38,996 nucleotides of DNA from Desulfobacterales bacterium (GTDB taxonomy: Bacteria; Desulfobacterota; Desulfobacteria; Desulfobacterales; G020354645): the NCBI GenBank assembly GCA_050053515.1, contig JASFTQ010000006.1, positions 1 to 38,996 on the forward strand, given 5' to 3'. Numbering within the stretch: the first letter of the stretch is position 1; every line of letters starts with the position of its first letter. The position numbers and the translations under genes are program-made. The notes beneath the pieces were generated by a model. It saw only the letters and a list, made by a program, of their open reading frames with translations. It searched no databases and had not been told where the DNA came from. Shown here piece by piece: positions 1-10,303 of this stretch.

Positions 1-762
1 TTGATCCATGTGGTTCGGAATTTCAAGGTTTACGGCTTCGAAGACCCCACCCCCTATGACGATTTCCACAAACTCGATCAGGAACTGATCCTGGCCGATC
101 TGCTTGTGATTGAAAAACGGCTGGAAAGGCTGGAACTCGACGGCAAGCGCGGTAAAAAAATTGATGCCGAGGAGTTATCCCTGCTGCAGGATTGTCTGAA
201 AAACCTCGAAAAAGAAGTTCCTATAAGAAAGTTTGCCGATCTTGCCTCTGCCCAGCAACTCAAGAACTTCGCCTTTTTATCCGCCAAACCCACTCTGGTG
301 TTGTTTAATAATGACGATGAAGACGAAGCACTCCCGGATGCCGGGGAGTTAACCGCCACTGAAAATTGTATGGTGATACGCGGAAAACTCGAACAGGAAC
401 TGACCCAAATGTCCGAGGAGGAGGTCAGCGAATTTTTAAACGAGTTCAATATCACGGACTCGGCCATGGACCGGGTGATTCAGCGGTCCCAGGAATTGTT
501 GGGGCTGATTACCTTTTTTACCATCGGCGATCATGAGGTCAGGGCTTGGACGGTTAAACAGGGAACCTTTGCAATCGATGCTGCTGATGTCATTCATACC
601 GATATGAAAAAAGGGTTTATTCGGGCCGAGGTTCTTTCATATGCCGATTTAAAAGATGCCGGTTCTTATCAAGCGGCCAAAAAGAAAGGAACGGTAAGAC
701 TGGAAGGCAAAACTTACCCGGTTAATGACGGTGACATCCTCTATATCCGGTTTAATGTGTAA
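1..762 (+). CDS. ychF: Ribosome-binding ATPase YchF (Obg-like GTPase family), C-terminal 253 aa. The gene is 5'-truncated by the window edge.
   Basis: The C-terminal TGS domain is recognisable and the ORF ends in the typical YchF tail ...GKTYPVNDGDILYIRFNV. The frame is open from the first base of the window. Confidence 0.85.
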   Translation: MIHVVRNFKVYGFEDPTPYDDFHKLDQELILADLLVIEKRLERLELDGKRGKKIDAEELSLLQDCLKNLEKEVPIRKFADLASAQQLKNFAFLSAKPTLVLFNNDDEDEALPDAGELTATENCMVIRGKLEQELTQMSEEEVSEFLNEFNITDSAMDRVIQRSQELLGLITFFTIGDHEVRAWTVKQGTFAIDAADVIHTDMKKGFIRAEVLSYADLKDAGSYQAAKKKGTVRLEGKTYPVNDGDILYIRFNV

Positions 763-939
763 CCCGCAACAATGGCGTTTGCTATTACTCCGGTAGCGAT
801 TCTCAAATAACGTTCCGAAGGAAAGCAGGATCAAGAGGCCCGGGCAGGGGACAAATTTTTGTCGTCAAGATGCAGAATCAGGGAAATCGCAATTTTGCAG
901 TGATGGGGTGGTAGCAATGTAAGTGTGTAACGCTAACCA

Positions 940-1242
940 TCATTTGGAGCGATCAAGCTTGAAAGCCGGTTTCTGAAGATAAGTCCCCTTGCAGCGGGGG
1001 CAGCGTCCGGGGGGGGTTAATCGGGCCCTGTCCCTGAAAACAAATCCGCATTTCAAACACTCACTGGGTCGAATCTCAAGTCGCATACCCAAAGCGACAG
1101 CCGATCGCTGAACATGATTTAAATGATCATAAATCTCTCTTTCCTCGATCCCCAAGGATTGAGACAAATTCCGCGCACTCATCTCCGTACCACTCAAAAG
1201 CGCAATTATCTGCTGGCGGATTGTTTTGCGGTCGGGCGTCAC
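940..1242 (-). CDS. Small transcriptional regulator with an N-terminal HTH and a C-terminal zinc ribbon (COG3357-like).
   Basis: 100-aa ORF. The C-terminus carries paired Cys motifs (C-L-K-C ... C-P-R-C). The N-terminal half is helix-rich and basic. It is the last gene of a minus-strand trio. Confidence 0.45.
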   Translation of the reverse strand: MTPDRKTIRQQIIALLSGTEMSARNLSQSLGIEEREIYDHLNHVQRSAVALGMRLEIRPSECLKCGFVFRDRARLTPPGRCPRCKGTYLQKPAFKLDRSK

Positions 1243-1290
1243 TTTTTTTCTCCGGTTGCTACCGGCACTTAGCGGTTCCGTGTTCTTCGT

Positions 1291-2295
1291 TCAAGATTCA
1301 TGACATAGGACTAGTTCTTTGAGCAAACAACAGGCGATTTTATAAAGGGGGCTTCCGTCTGCACTATAACGCAAGTTGCCGGGTTGGATCAGTTTATTCA
1401 TCACACACCCTTCGGGAATAGTGAGTTGAAAAAGATCTTTTTCGCTGATCTTGCCGGTTTCGATAAGCCTGTTGGCCTCTAAAAATAAGCTGTGAAGCGG
1501 ATAGTCCTCGCACAGCGGACAGCGGTAAACACGGCCGTTCGGAAAAATAAAGTAATTTTGGGCGACCAATCCGGCACATTGAAAGGTTTCCGACGGCTCT
1601 AAAAATACCTTGGGATAAATAACCGTAATGCCGCGGCGGGCAATCTCCTCGGCCGCGGCGGGTATTTTCTGCAACCATTCGGATCGGGGCACTTGAAGCC
1701 CCGTCTCCCGTTCGGCTGCGTTTCTGCCCCTGAGACCGAGGACCTGAACGAAGAATCGCTCGATCCCAAGATCGCTCAAAAGCGGTGCCATCAATTCGAG
1801 CTCACCGATGTTGACACTGCTGACGGTGCAGATTAGGCTGGCTGAAAACCCGCTGTCGACCGCCTGCTTGATACCGGCGATACACCTGTCGTAACAGCCC
1901 GCACCTCGAATCGAATCATTGATCCGGCGAGTGGCACCATCCAGACTGAAGCTGAAATAATCGACTTCATCCGGACCGACTTTGGCAAGGATATCGTGAA
2001 ACAGGTAACCGTTAGTATCTACGGTTATGGAACCGTAGCCGAGATATTTGGCCGCTTTGATCGCATCGGAAAGCTCGGGATGTAAGGTCGGTTCGCCGCC
2101 CAGAAAAATAAGGTTTGTATCAGGCGCCTTTTCTGCAAATATGCTAAGCCAGCTTTTTATCGTAGTTAGTGGAAGCGTGATGTCGCCATGTTGCGTGGGG
2201 TTGATGTAACAATGGCGACACTTGAGATTGCAGCTTGTGAGTATGTGAAAAAAGACGTTGACCGAGGATTGAGAAAAGGAAACGGTTCTTTTCAT
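1291..2295 (-). CDS. Radical SAM enzyme with a C-terminal SPASM/twitch-like Cys cluster.
   Basis: CNLKCRHC (CxxxCxxC) sits near the N-terminus and a GGEPTLHP glycine-rich SAM motif follows. The C-terminus has C-x13-G-x4-C-x2-C plus further Cys. Start was chosen at an internal Met (MKRTV...), one nucleotide downstream of the preceding stop. Confidence 0.75.
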   Translation of the reverse strand: MKRTVSFSQSSVNVFFHILTSCNLKCRHCYINPTQHGDITLPLTTIKSWLSIFAEKAPDTNLIFLGGEPTLHPELSDAIKAAKYLGYGSITVDTNGYLFHDILAKVGPDEVDYFSFSLDGATRRINDSIRGAGCYDRCIAGIKQAVDSGFSASLICTVSSVNIGELELMAPLLSDLGIERFFVQVLGLRGRNAAERETGLQVPRSEWLQKIPAAAEEIARRGITVIYPKVFLEPSETFQCAGLVAQNYFIFPNGRVYRCPLCEDYPLHSLFLEANRLIETGKISEKDLFQLTIPEGCVMNKLIQPGNLRYSADGSPLYKIACCLLKELVLCHES

Positions 2296-2296
2296 C

Positions 2297-2803
2297 TCAT
2301 TTTTTGGTAACGGTTGCAAGGCGTTTTTTGGCTTTTATCAGTTCATCGTTGGTCAGACGCAACCGGATGGACATATACTCCGCGAAAATCCTGTAGAGCA
2401 GCAAAAGAAAGTCGAGTCTTTCATCGATGGAGTCTTCGGTGGAGAGTCGATCTTTGGCCGAAGTGTCGACCGCCAGACAAATGGTTTTACCGACCGCATA
2501 TACGGAGGCGGACCTGCTCAAACTGTCTATGACTCGCATCTCGCCGAATATTTCTCCCTTCCGATCAATAGTGCCTATATCAAGGCTTTCTTTGGAAACA
2601 CGGATCTTGCCGGAAAGCAGAAAATAGAGCCAGGGATCCAGATCACCTTCCTTGATGATCCGTTCACCGTCTTCATACTGTCTCACTTTGCTGAGCCTGA
2701 GCAATTTTCCAAGACTTCTGGTTTCAAAGTTTTTCAGAGCAGGAATCGTCATCAATTTCTGAATATTTTCCAGGTTTTCTTTGAGATACTTTGATTCAAT
2801 CAT
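2297..2803 (-). CDS. Stand-alone cyclic-nucleotide-binding (CAP effector) domain protein.
   Basis: 168 aa with a GEIFGEM phosphate-binding-cassette-like motif. There is no fused DNA-binding domain. Confidence 0.6.
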   Translation of the reverse strand: MIESKYLKENLENIQKLMTIPALKNFETRSLGKLLRLSKVRQYEDGERIIKEGDLDPWLYFLLSGKIRVSKESLDIGTIDRKGEIFGEMRVIDSLSRSASVYAVGKTICLAVDTSAKDRLSTEDSIDERLDFLLLLYRIFAEYMSIRLRLTNDELIKAKKRLATVTKK

Positions 2804-2936
2804 AATGACCTCACTTTACCCATCGTCTCGACGCTGGTCGACAAGTATCTAATATTGCTATATTTTTTGGCGCAGAATGTTCTGCAACTTTCCCTCAGCC
2901 GACTATTTCATTAATTATCTGGACAAACAATTTAAT

Positions 2937-4370
2937 TTAACAGATCATTTGCTGTCTTTCAAGACAGTCTTTAGACACCCCCTCGTCAAATTCCACCGGG
3001 TAGCATCCGTCGAAACATGCTTTACAGAAATTATTTTCGGGCTTCTCGATGCCGGTGGACTGCAAGAGGCCCTTAATACTGAGGTAGCTCAACGAATCCA
3101 GTCCGATAAAATTTTTCAATTCAACAACCGATTTGTTGGCGGCAACCAATTCTCCCCGGGTGGAAAAATCGATACCATAGTGGCAGGGAAAACGGTGGGG
3201 GGGACCGCTGACACGCATGTGGATGCGTTTTACACCCAGTTCACGTAAAGCCTTGATCCTGGTTTTGGCAGTCGTGCCCCTGATTATGGAATCTTCGATA
3301 ATCACGATATCCTTACCCTTCAGAAGTTCTTTTACGGGATTCAATTTTACTCTTACCCCGAAATCCCGCATGCTTTGCGTGGGTTGAATAAATGTTCGGC
3401 CCACATAATGATTGCGGATCATTCCCAGTTCAAAGGGGATGCCGGATGCTTCTGAGTAACCCAACGCGGCATAAGTGCCCGAATCCGGGAAGGGCATGAC
3501 CAAATCGGCATCAACCGGGGCCTCGGCCGCCAGGCGTCTGCCGTGGGCTTTGCGAACCGAATAAACGGTCTGGCCGTATATGGTGCTGTCCGGCCGCGCA
3601 AAGTAGATAAATTCAAAAATGCAGAAAGTCGGCCGCACAGCGGTGTGCGGATTGTAACTGTTGATTCCCGCCTCACTGATGATAACGATTTCCCCGGGAT
3701 CAAGCTCCCGCACAAACTCGGCCTCCACCAGATCAAGCGCGCAGGATTCTGATGCCAAAACGTAGTGTCCATTCAGTTTACCGAGACACAGCGGTCTGAA
3801 TCCGTTGGGGTCCTTTATGCCGATAACCTCCCCTTGGCTGGTAAGCAAAACCATGGAAAAGGCTCCCCTCAGCCGGGTAACGCTGTCGAGAAGGGCTTTT
3901 TCAAAACCAAGTTTTAAGTTGTGCACGAAAAGATGGAGCACGATTTCACTGTCCATGGTTGTTTGAAAAATCGATCCGGACTCCTCAAGTTCGTCTTTCA
4001 GCATACGGGCATTTACCAGGTTGCCGTTATGGGCCACAGCATATGATTTGGTCTTGTGTCGAACAACAAACGGTTGAGCATTGTCAATCACGGAGCTTCC
4101 GGTTGTGGAGTACCTCACATGCCCGATCGCATTTTGACCATCCAATCCTTCCAGTTGTGACGGTTTAAAAACCTCGGGAACCAGCCCCATGCCTTTGTGA
4201 GCGACGATGGCCTGATCCCTCATAACCGCTATCCCTGCGCTCTCCTGGCCCCGATGCTGCAGAGCATAAAGACCAAAGTAGGTTAGCTTGGCTGCTTCCG
4301 GATGTCCGTGAATTCCGAAAATACCACAGGATTCACGCGGCTTATCATCACAGTCATTGTCAATAATCAT
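2937..4370 (-). CDS. purF: Amidophosphoribosyltransferase (glutamine-PRPP amidotransferase).
   Basis: A propeptide precedes the CGIFGI nucleophile and PRTase motifs follow. A C-terminal Cys cluster (CKACFDGCYP) indicates the 4Fe-4S type. Confidence 0.9.
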   Translation of the reverse strand: MIIDNDCDDKPRESCGIFGIHGHPEAAKLTYFGLYALQHRGQESAGIAVMRDQAIVAHKGMGLVPEVFKPSQLEGLDGQNAIGHVRYSTTGSSVIDNAQPFVVRHKTKSYAVAHNGNLVNARMLKDELEESGSIFQTTMDSEIVLHLFVHNLKLGFEKALLDSVTRLRGAFSMVLLTSQGEVIGIKDPNGFRPLCLGKLNGHYVLASESCALDLVEAEFVRELDPGEIVIISEAGINSYNPHTAVRPTFCIFEFIYFARPDSTIYGQTVYSVRKAHGRRLAAEAPVDADLVMPFPDSGTYAALGYSEASGIPFELGMIRNHYVGRTFIQPTQSMRDFGVRVKLNPVKELLKGKDIVIIEDSIIRGTTAKTRIKALRELGVKRIHMRVSGPPHRFPCHYGIDFSTRGELVAANKSVVELKNFIGLDSLSYLSIKGLLQSTGIEKPENNFCKACFDGCYPVEFDEGVSKDCLERQQMIC

Positions 4371-4600
4371 TTGGTTTGCCTTTAGTTGATGTGTAGTGGG
4401 TATATCGGTTTATTTTATCATCCGGTTGCCCATTGATCGAGAGTTTTTGTGCTCATGGAATCAAAAGGCGACTTTTTGGATATCTTGCGGTGTTCAATGC
4501 GGAGAACTCGTCCGATGTACGGCACTCAACATAAACTCATAAAAACCAGGTTCCGGGGCATTTTTTGTGCGACAAGACACCCCCATCCCTGACATGAGCC

Positions 4601-6937
4601 CTATTCCAGCGCATCGTTTTCCACCAGATCCCAGATCCCGCAAGGGCAAGCCCCGGCACAAAATCCACACCCTATGCAGCGCGCCTCGTCCACAATATAT
4701 TCATAGCCATCGGGGAGCTGTTCGTCTTCCCGCCGGTGAATAGCTGTTTGAGGACAAAGGGTAACGCATATGCCGCAATCCCGGCAGGCGCCGCAGGATG
4801 AGCACTGGGAACCACATGATTCTAAATCGTTGTAATCCGATATTCTGGGATCAAAATACTCCAGGGTAACCCGGTGTCGATCAATCATTGGGCGCGCGTC
4901 AGCCGCAGGGCGTTTGCCCTCAAGCATCTGAGAGATGGTCGTGGCAACCTTTCTGCCCGAACCAATAGCATCCGCCAGCAACCCCGGTTTTACCGCATCT
5001 CCGATAGCAAAAATTTTAGCGTCCGTTGTTTGATAATTTTCATTCACCACGATAAATCCATTTTCGATAGAGATATCCTCGGGAAGAAAATCAATATCGG
5101 GCGCATCACCGATGGAAATAACGACTGAATCTGCGGGGATGATCTCCCCCGAAGTTAATTCTAGCCCTTCTACGGTGACGGCTTTTACGGAACGCGGCCA
5201 TAAAAATTTTGCTCCGACAGCCTCAGCCGCCTCCCTTTCTGGGCCGAATGATGCCGGCCGCTGTATATCGATGAGGGTGATTTCTGTGGCACCCAAGCGA
5301 TGCGCTTCGGCAGCTACATCGCATCCGACATTTCCGGCGCCGATAATCACGACCCGTTTACCGGGTTTTATACGGTTGGCTTTTGATCGGCGCAAAAAAT
5401 CAAGGGCCGGCATCAACCTTTCGTTCCCCGGAATTGAGAGCTGAACGGGCTTTTGAGCCCCGACCGCGACGATCACAAAATCGAACTCCCCCCGCAGTTG
5501 CATAAGATCTTTGCGGGTCAGTTTCTGCTGGAGATAAACATGCGGAATCACCTCTTGGATGCGTTTCAATTCACCGGCAACCACAGATTCAGGTAACCGA
5601 CTGCGCGGAATCACAGCGGTCATTTTGCCTCCCAGCCCCTTGGCCATGTCGTATACAATGGCGCGATGCCCTTTCTGTCGAAGCAGCCAGGCAACTGAAA
5701 TGCCGGCCGGCCCGCCGCCAATGACTGCCACTGTGTTACCGCTCTCGGGCGGCAATTCCGGGAGACTGGCCTTGATGCTTGCCTGACCGATTTTGGCCAC
5801 ATCAACCGGTGTCATGAGAGCGTACTGTCTGGTGCACGCTTGCATACACAAATTGGGACACAAATAACCGCAAATCGTTGCCGGAAAAGGTGTATAAGAA
5901 AGCGCCATGTCGACAGCCTCATCTACGCGCCCTTCCCGAATCAATCGCCATCTCTCCGGAACAGGGATGCCCGCCGGACAGCTTGCCTCACAGGGGGCTG
6001 CATATTTTCGGTTTTCCCAAATCGGGATAAACCGTCGCAGTTTATCCGTGGTGATGATGGGAATCACACTATGATCCATCTGGCTGAGGTCTCCGATGAG
6101 ACCCCCCGGTCCGAGCTCTTTATCCCACACTTTCTCACGAAAGGCATTCATCGATGGCAGCTGGTTTCCGACTTTTTCCTGGGGCGTCCGGGCCCTCAGG
6201 AGCTGCCATTGGTTTTGATCCAACAGCGACCCATACAATTCCTGACGGTGGATTCGCTGTAGGAACAGTTTTAGATTTTGAGCCAGCCAGCGCCAGTCTT
6301 CTTCATCGATAGGAATAAGCTTTGCATCCGGTTGGCTGAACCCGCCGTGAGGCCCTCGAAAAAAGACCCGGCCGCTCACCATGCCGACAAACGGCCGGTA
6401 GCCCAGCACATTGTCCGGATTTTGGGCCTGATGTCCGCAAATTACGGAAATTCCTCCCGCCATGAATTCGCCGAAATAATCTCCCACAGATCCGAGAACC
6501 CAGAGTTCAGGCGGATCAAACCGGGGATTGTGTTTGGTCATGGTCATGCCACGGGCCCCGATATTACCGGCCACGTAAATTCTGCCCTGCGCCATGGCGT
6601 TGGCGACACCATTGCCCGCATTTCCATGAATGACAATTTGTGCGCCGGCGTTCAGCCAGCCGACGTCATCCGAGGCGGGGCCATTAACTTCAATAACCGT
6701 GTTGGGAAACCCGAATGATCCCACCCGCTGACCGGGTTGACCATCAATCGTTATATTGACGGTATCATTGCCGGCGCGCCAGAGCCGCCCGCCGATGCCA
6801 TGCTGCCCGTAAGCCTTTATGTTCAGGTCACGGAAACCCTGCCTGATGAGTTGCTGAATCTCCTCTTCGAGAATTCTTGAACCCACGCGCTGTCCGAATT
6901 TTTTGCCGGACACTTTGGCGATGTGTTGCTCATTCAT
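4601..6937 (-). CDS. Glutamate synthase component. An alpha-subunit GXGXG (domain 3) module is fused to a GltD-like FAD/NAD(P)H oxidoreductase and a C-terminal 2x[4Fe-4S] ferredoxin.
   Basis: The N-terminal ~250 aa carry the glycine-rich GXGXG repeats (VNITIDGQPGQRVG, VIHGNAGNGVAN, VAGNIGARG). A Cys cluster follows. Two Rossmann motifs are present (VAVIGGGPAG, VVIIGAGNVGCD). The C-terminus ends with CxxCxxCxxxCP x2. Confidence 0.8.
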   Translation of the reverse strand: MNEQHIAKVSGKKFGQRVGSRILEEEIQQLIRQGFRDLNIKAYGQHGIGGRLWRAGNDTVNITIDGQPGQRVGSFGFPNTVIEVNGPASDDVGWLNAGAQIVIHGNAGNGVANAMAQGRIYVAGNIGARGMTMTKHNPRFDPPELWVLGSVGDYFGEFMAGGISVICGHQAQNPDNVLGYRPFVGMVSGRVFFRGPHGGFSQPDAKLIPIDEEDWRWLAQNLKLFLQRIHRQELYGSLLDQNQWQLLRARTPQEKVGNQLPSMNAFREKVWDKELGPGGLIGDLSQMDHSVIPIITTDKLRRFIPIWENRKYAAPCEASCPAGIPVPERWRLIREGRVDEAVDMALSYTPFPATICGYLCPNLCMQACTRQYALMTPVDVAKIGQASIKASLPELPPESGNTVAVIGGGPAGISVAWLLRQKGHRAIVYDMAKGLGGKMTAVIPRSRLPESVVAGELKRIQEVIPHVYLQQKLTRKDLMQLRGEFDFVIVAVGAQKPVQLSIPGNERLMPALDFLRRSKANRIKPGKRVVIIGAGNVGCDVAAEAHRLGATEITLIDIQRPASFGPEREAAEAVGAKFLWPRSVKAVTVEGLELTSGEIIPADSVVISIGDAPDIDFLPEDISIENGFIVVNENYQTTDAKIFAIGDAVKPGLLADAIGSGRKVATTISQMLEGKRPAADARPMIDRHRVTLEYFDPRISDYNDLESCGSQCSSCGACRDCGICVTLCPQTAIHRREDEQLPDGYEYIVDEARCIGCGFCAGACPCGIWDLVENDALE

Positions 6938-6952
6938 GAACTTACTCCGATT

Positions 6953-8593
6953 TCATACAACGTATTTTATGCTCAATCGTTCAGCCGCATCGCGATCGTT
7001 GATCCCCAGGGCGTCGGACATTCCGATGGGCAAAGAAGTCGAGCGCCCCAGGGGTGCAACGATCTTCTTCAACTCGGTGTCAAAACTCAAAAAGAGGTCC
7101 ACCACTCGCTGGGCAACTTTATCGACGTCCAGGCGACGGTAAAGACGGGCGTCCTGTGAAGTAATCCCTTTCGGACAAAGACCAATGTTGCAGATATTGC
7201 AGCGATCGGATTCGGAGCCCAGACACCCTGCCGCTGCCTGCATAATATATTTGCCGATCTGAACAGCGCTGGCGCCCAGCATGATGAGTGCGGCCGCATT
7301 GGCGCCCAGGTTGCCGGTTTTACCGACACCGCCGCCGGCCAACAGCGGAATTTCATTCTGCATACCGACCGTCACCAGATTCAGATAGCAATCGCGAATA
7401 TTGCTGGCGATGGGGTGTCCCATGTGATTCATTGAAACGTTGTAGGCCGCCCCTGTGCCGCCGTCTTCCCCGTCAATGGCCAAACCCGCTGCGTATTCGT
7501 TGCGTGTCAGGTTGTTTAAAACGGCCAAGGCCGTGGATGTGCCTGATATTTTGGGATAAACCGGAATCCGGAATCCCCAGGCCATATACATGGACTGGAT
7601 CATCTTGGCAACAGACTCCTCAATAGAATATTTGGTCTGATGAGTGGGCGGACTCGGCAGGCTGACACCGACCGGAACCCCCCGGATGGCGGCAATCAGC
7701 TGATTGACTTTGTACCACATCAGGAGTCCGCCGTCCCCCGGTTTCGCCCCCTGGCCGTATTTGATCTCGATGGCACAGGGATCTTCTTTCATTTCCGGGA
7801 TCGCATGTATAATTTCATCCCATCCGAAATAACCGCTGGCAATTTGGAGAATGACGTATTTTAAGAACCGGCTGCGAAGCAGCCTCGGTGGACAGCCGCC
7901 TTCCCCGGTGCAGATGCGTACCGGCATGTTTAATTCTTCATTCAAATATGCCACACCCATTTGAAGACCTTCCCACATCGTGGGGGACAAAGCGCCGAAA
8001 GACATACCGCCGATAAGCAGCGGGTATATCTCCCTGACCGGCGGGATCCACCCCTCCTCTTGAACAAACTTCAAATTTTTATCAGGCGGCAATACCCTCC
8101 CCAAGAGTGTTCTGAGCTCAAATTCATGCCGGCCGGCATCCAGAGCCGGATCGGTCAGCATGGAAATCCGAATGAACTTTATCTGATCTAAAATGTTATC
8201 GGAGATATTGCGCCGTCCACCACGTCTGCGGGGCTGACCCCCGCGGTCCACTTGAAATCTGAGTTTGTCGGCCTCATCACTGCGACAGGGAATGATGGCA
8301 TCATTGGGGCACACCATATTACACATGGCACATCCGACACATTTGTAAGCCGGATCGGTTTTTTGTCGAATACCATAATAAAGCTTGACATCGCTGGGTG
8401 GGGGTCCGCTGTTATCAAGACCAACGGGAGGCTCACAGATTCTTTTTCGAAAAACACCCAATTCCAGTGCATTTACCGGGCACACGGCTGTGCACTGTCC
8501 ACACAGGCTACATTTATCCTTGTTCCAAAGGATCTGCCAGGGTAGATCTTTTACGCTAAGGGTGCTGGGGGTAATGGGTCTGTTTGAGAACAT
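6953..8593 (-). CDS. Glutamate synthase FMN-binding (central) domain protein with an N-terminal 2x[4Fe-4S] ferredoxin.
   Basis: The N-terminus has CSLCGQCTAVCP and CVGCAMCNMVCP. The large domain has FMN/glutamate-synthase-type motifs (GEGG, IKYGQGAKPGDGG, AGGGVG). Confidence 0.8.
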   Translation of the reverse strand: MFSNRPITPSTLSVKDLPWQILWNKDKCSLCGQCTAVCPVNALELGVFRKRICEPPVGLDNSGPPPSDVKLYYGIRQKTDPAYKCVGCAMCNMVCPNDAIIPCRSDEADKLRFQVDRGGQPRRRGGRRNISDNILDQIKFIRISMLTDPALDAGRHEFELRTLLGRVLPPDKNLKFVQEEGWIPPVREIYPLLIGGMSFGALSPTMWEGLQMGVAYLNEELNMPVRICTGEGGCPPRLLRSRFLKYVILQIASGYFGWDEIIHAIPEMKEDPCAIEIKYGQGAKPGDGGLLMWYKVNQLIAAIRGVPVGVSLPSPPTHQTKYSIEESVAKMIQSMYMAWGFRIPVYPKISGTSTALAVLNNLTRNEYAAGLAIDGEDGGTGAAYNVSMNHMGHPIASNIRDCYLNLVTVGMQNEIPLLAGGGVGKTGNLGANAAALIMLGASAVQIGKYIMQAAAGCLGSESDRCNICNIGLCPKGITSQDARLYRRLDVDKVAQRVVDLFLSFDTELKKIVAPLGRSTSLPIGMSDALGINDRDAAERLSIKYVV

Positions 8594-9687
8594 ATGTTCA
8601 CCTCCTGACGATCCGGACCGATGATAGCCGTATCCAGATGCATGGGCTGAAAATCTTTACTTTTATCACGATAGGGTATAGCTGCATCCAGGCCGCATAT
8701 TTCAGATGAAAAGGCAAACATGCCCGGCTTTCCGCCCACCACACCGGGCCGGAGTTTTTTCCTGTCCTGAACCATAAATAAACTGTGATCCGGCAAGCAT
8801 CCGATAACGCAATTGGGTCCATCGATAATAAGCGGCCGACAGGAACGTTTCAAATGTATCAACAAATTGGCGTTGGGATGATCTCGAAGGTCCTCATCCT
8901 GCAAGGGGGTTATGACATGTTTATAGACCTCGATACCCAAACCCAGGTTTGACGTGAGGAAGTGTAATATGTGGGTGAACACCTCCGAATCTGACTGATA
9001 TCCGGTGTAACCCTCAAATCCACGGGAAGTTAAATATTCTCTGATCGGCACAAACGCTGTGTTTTCTCCATTGGTCATGGTGGAAAACCCCTGGATAAAA
9101 AAGGGGTGGCAGGCATAGAGATTGATTAAATAGTTGGTATTCTGCCTGCCTTGAGCCATAATCACGCGCGCATGCAGATCCTCGCGACCAAACTGCAAAT
9201 AAGTGGCAACTTGCATGGGATCGCCGATCTCCTTGAGCATGATCACATCCGGCCAGAAGGAAAATACGATCATATCCTCTTTTTCTTCTCCCATTTTTCG
9301 GAGTTTTAAACGCAAAGATAACAAGCGATCGTGGAGCTCCTTCTGGCTGTAGTCCTCCCATTCTTCCGGATATTCGTACGCCCGGATGAGGTAAACATCC
9401 CTTTTGGGTATTCCCGCAGGTGGGGTTTTCGGGACTTTAATGGTGATTTTGTACTTGGTCATAAAGCCGATATCCACCATAAACGCATCCAAGCGCTTCA
9501 AGCCCGCTTCACTGAAAATGCCGGACAGTATCGGGGCGTCCTTCATTTCCTCGAATGGTCCGGCCAAATCACGTAAAAAAAGTCCCACACCTGAGCAATC
9601 ATGCCCTTCGCGCATCACATCCAGTGCCTGTAAAGCAACCATTGGCGATAAGGGCTTTTTGCTGGTTATCGCAAACAAACGACACAT
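8551..9687 (-). CDS. Glutamate synthase class-II glutamine amidotransferase domain protein (archaeal-type GltB domain 1).
   Basis: It begins MCRLFAI (Cys2 nucleophile) and has an Ntn-hydrolase-type GATase fold. It overlaps the next gene by 43 nt and is the first gene of the operon. Confidence 0.8.
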   Translation of the reverse strand: MCRLFAITSKKPLSPMVALQALDVMREGHDCSGVGLFLRDLAGPFEEMKDAPILSGIFSEAGLKRLDAFMVDIGFMTKYKITIKVPKTPPAGIPKRDVYLIRAYEYPEEWEDYSQKELHDRLLSLRLKLRKMGEEKEDMIVFSFWPDVIMLKEIGDPMQVATYLQFGREDLHARVIMAQGRQNTNYLINLYACHPFFIQGFSTMTNGENTAFVPIREYLTSRGFEGYTGYQSDSEVFTHILHFLTSNLGLGIEVYKHVITPLQDEDLRDHPNANLLIHLKRSCRPLIIDGPNCVIGCLPDHSLFMVQDRKKLRPGVVGGKPGMFAFSSEICGLDAAIPYRDKSKDFQPMHLDTAIIGPDRQEVNICSQTDPLPPAPLA

Positions 9688-10303
9688 AATGCCTTCTCCT
9701 TTTTCGCTGATAAGCGTTTATGAAACGTAGCGTTATCAAACGGTATCGATTTCAAGTATGAGCTGCAAGGATTTAAGCGGCAGCATTGCTTCGGTAATCG
9801 GCTGATTTTGAACTTTAAACCATGGCATCTGCACAGAGGCGGTTTTCTAAAAGCTTGCAGGATAAAATAGAAGGCTAGAGGGTATAATGAGATATCATGC
9901 GGTTAAAGGGGAAATCAGCAACGATTACCCGGGTTGTATCAAAGAAAAAGTATGACCATAAAGCGGGACGCGCTGACCGCCCAAAATATTATGTTCGAAA
10001 TATTCCTTCTGCAGGCCACAGTGTTTTATCCTTTCAAACCAAAATATAAAATACCGAAAGTCTTTATTTATAGCAAAGCAAAAGATATGCCACAAGTAAA
10101 AATTAACAAAGGATATCAAATTAATTTGCTGCCTGAATAAAATAAAAAAAAAAGGGCGAAGCAGTTGTTTGGTTGATTTTATTAACGAATTAGGCTAATT
10201 ATATGAGGAAGCGCGGTGTTTTTATCGCGACAGGGTGAACAGATGGAGTCCGATGCGAATGGGGTTTTATGCTTGTGCAGGCCAACTTGGGGGGGGATGT
10301 GAA

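Noticed and set aside
78-467. 129-aa Ser-rich minus-strand ORF inside ychF, and similar internal antisense ORFs such as 3419-3772, 5112-5444, 6278-6718 and 22128-22823
   Set aside because: All lie fully inside well-supported genes on the opposite strand and have low-complexity composition. They are spurious.
4371-4600. Intrinsic terminator after the glutamate synthase operon (AAAACCAGGTTCCGGGGCATTTTTT)
   Set aside because: It has A- and T-runs but no convincing complementary GC stem, so it is not called.
9925-10140. Two overlapping small ORFs of 64 and 68 aa on opposite strands in the AT-rich spacer
   Set aside because: They lie in a 550-bp AT-rich divergent promoter region. They have no RBS, show Lys/Phe/Ile-biased composition typical of AT-rich noise, and overlap each other.
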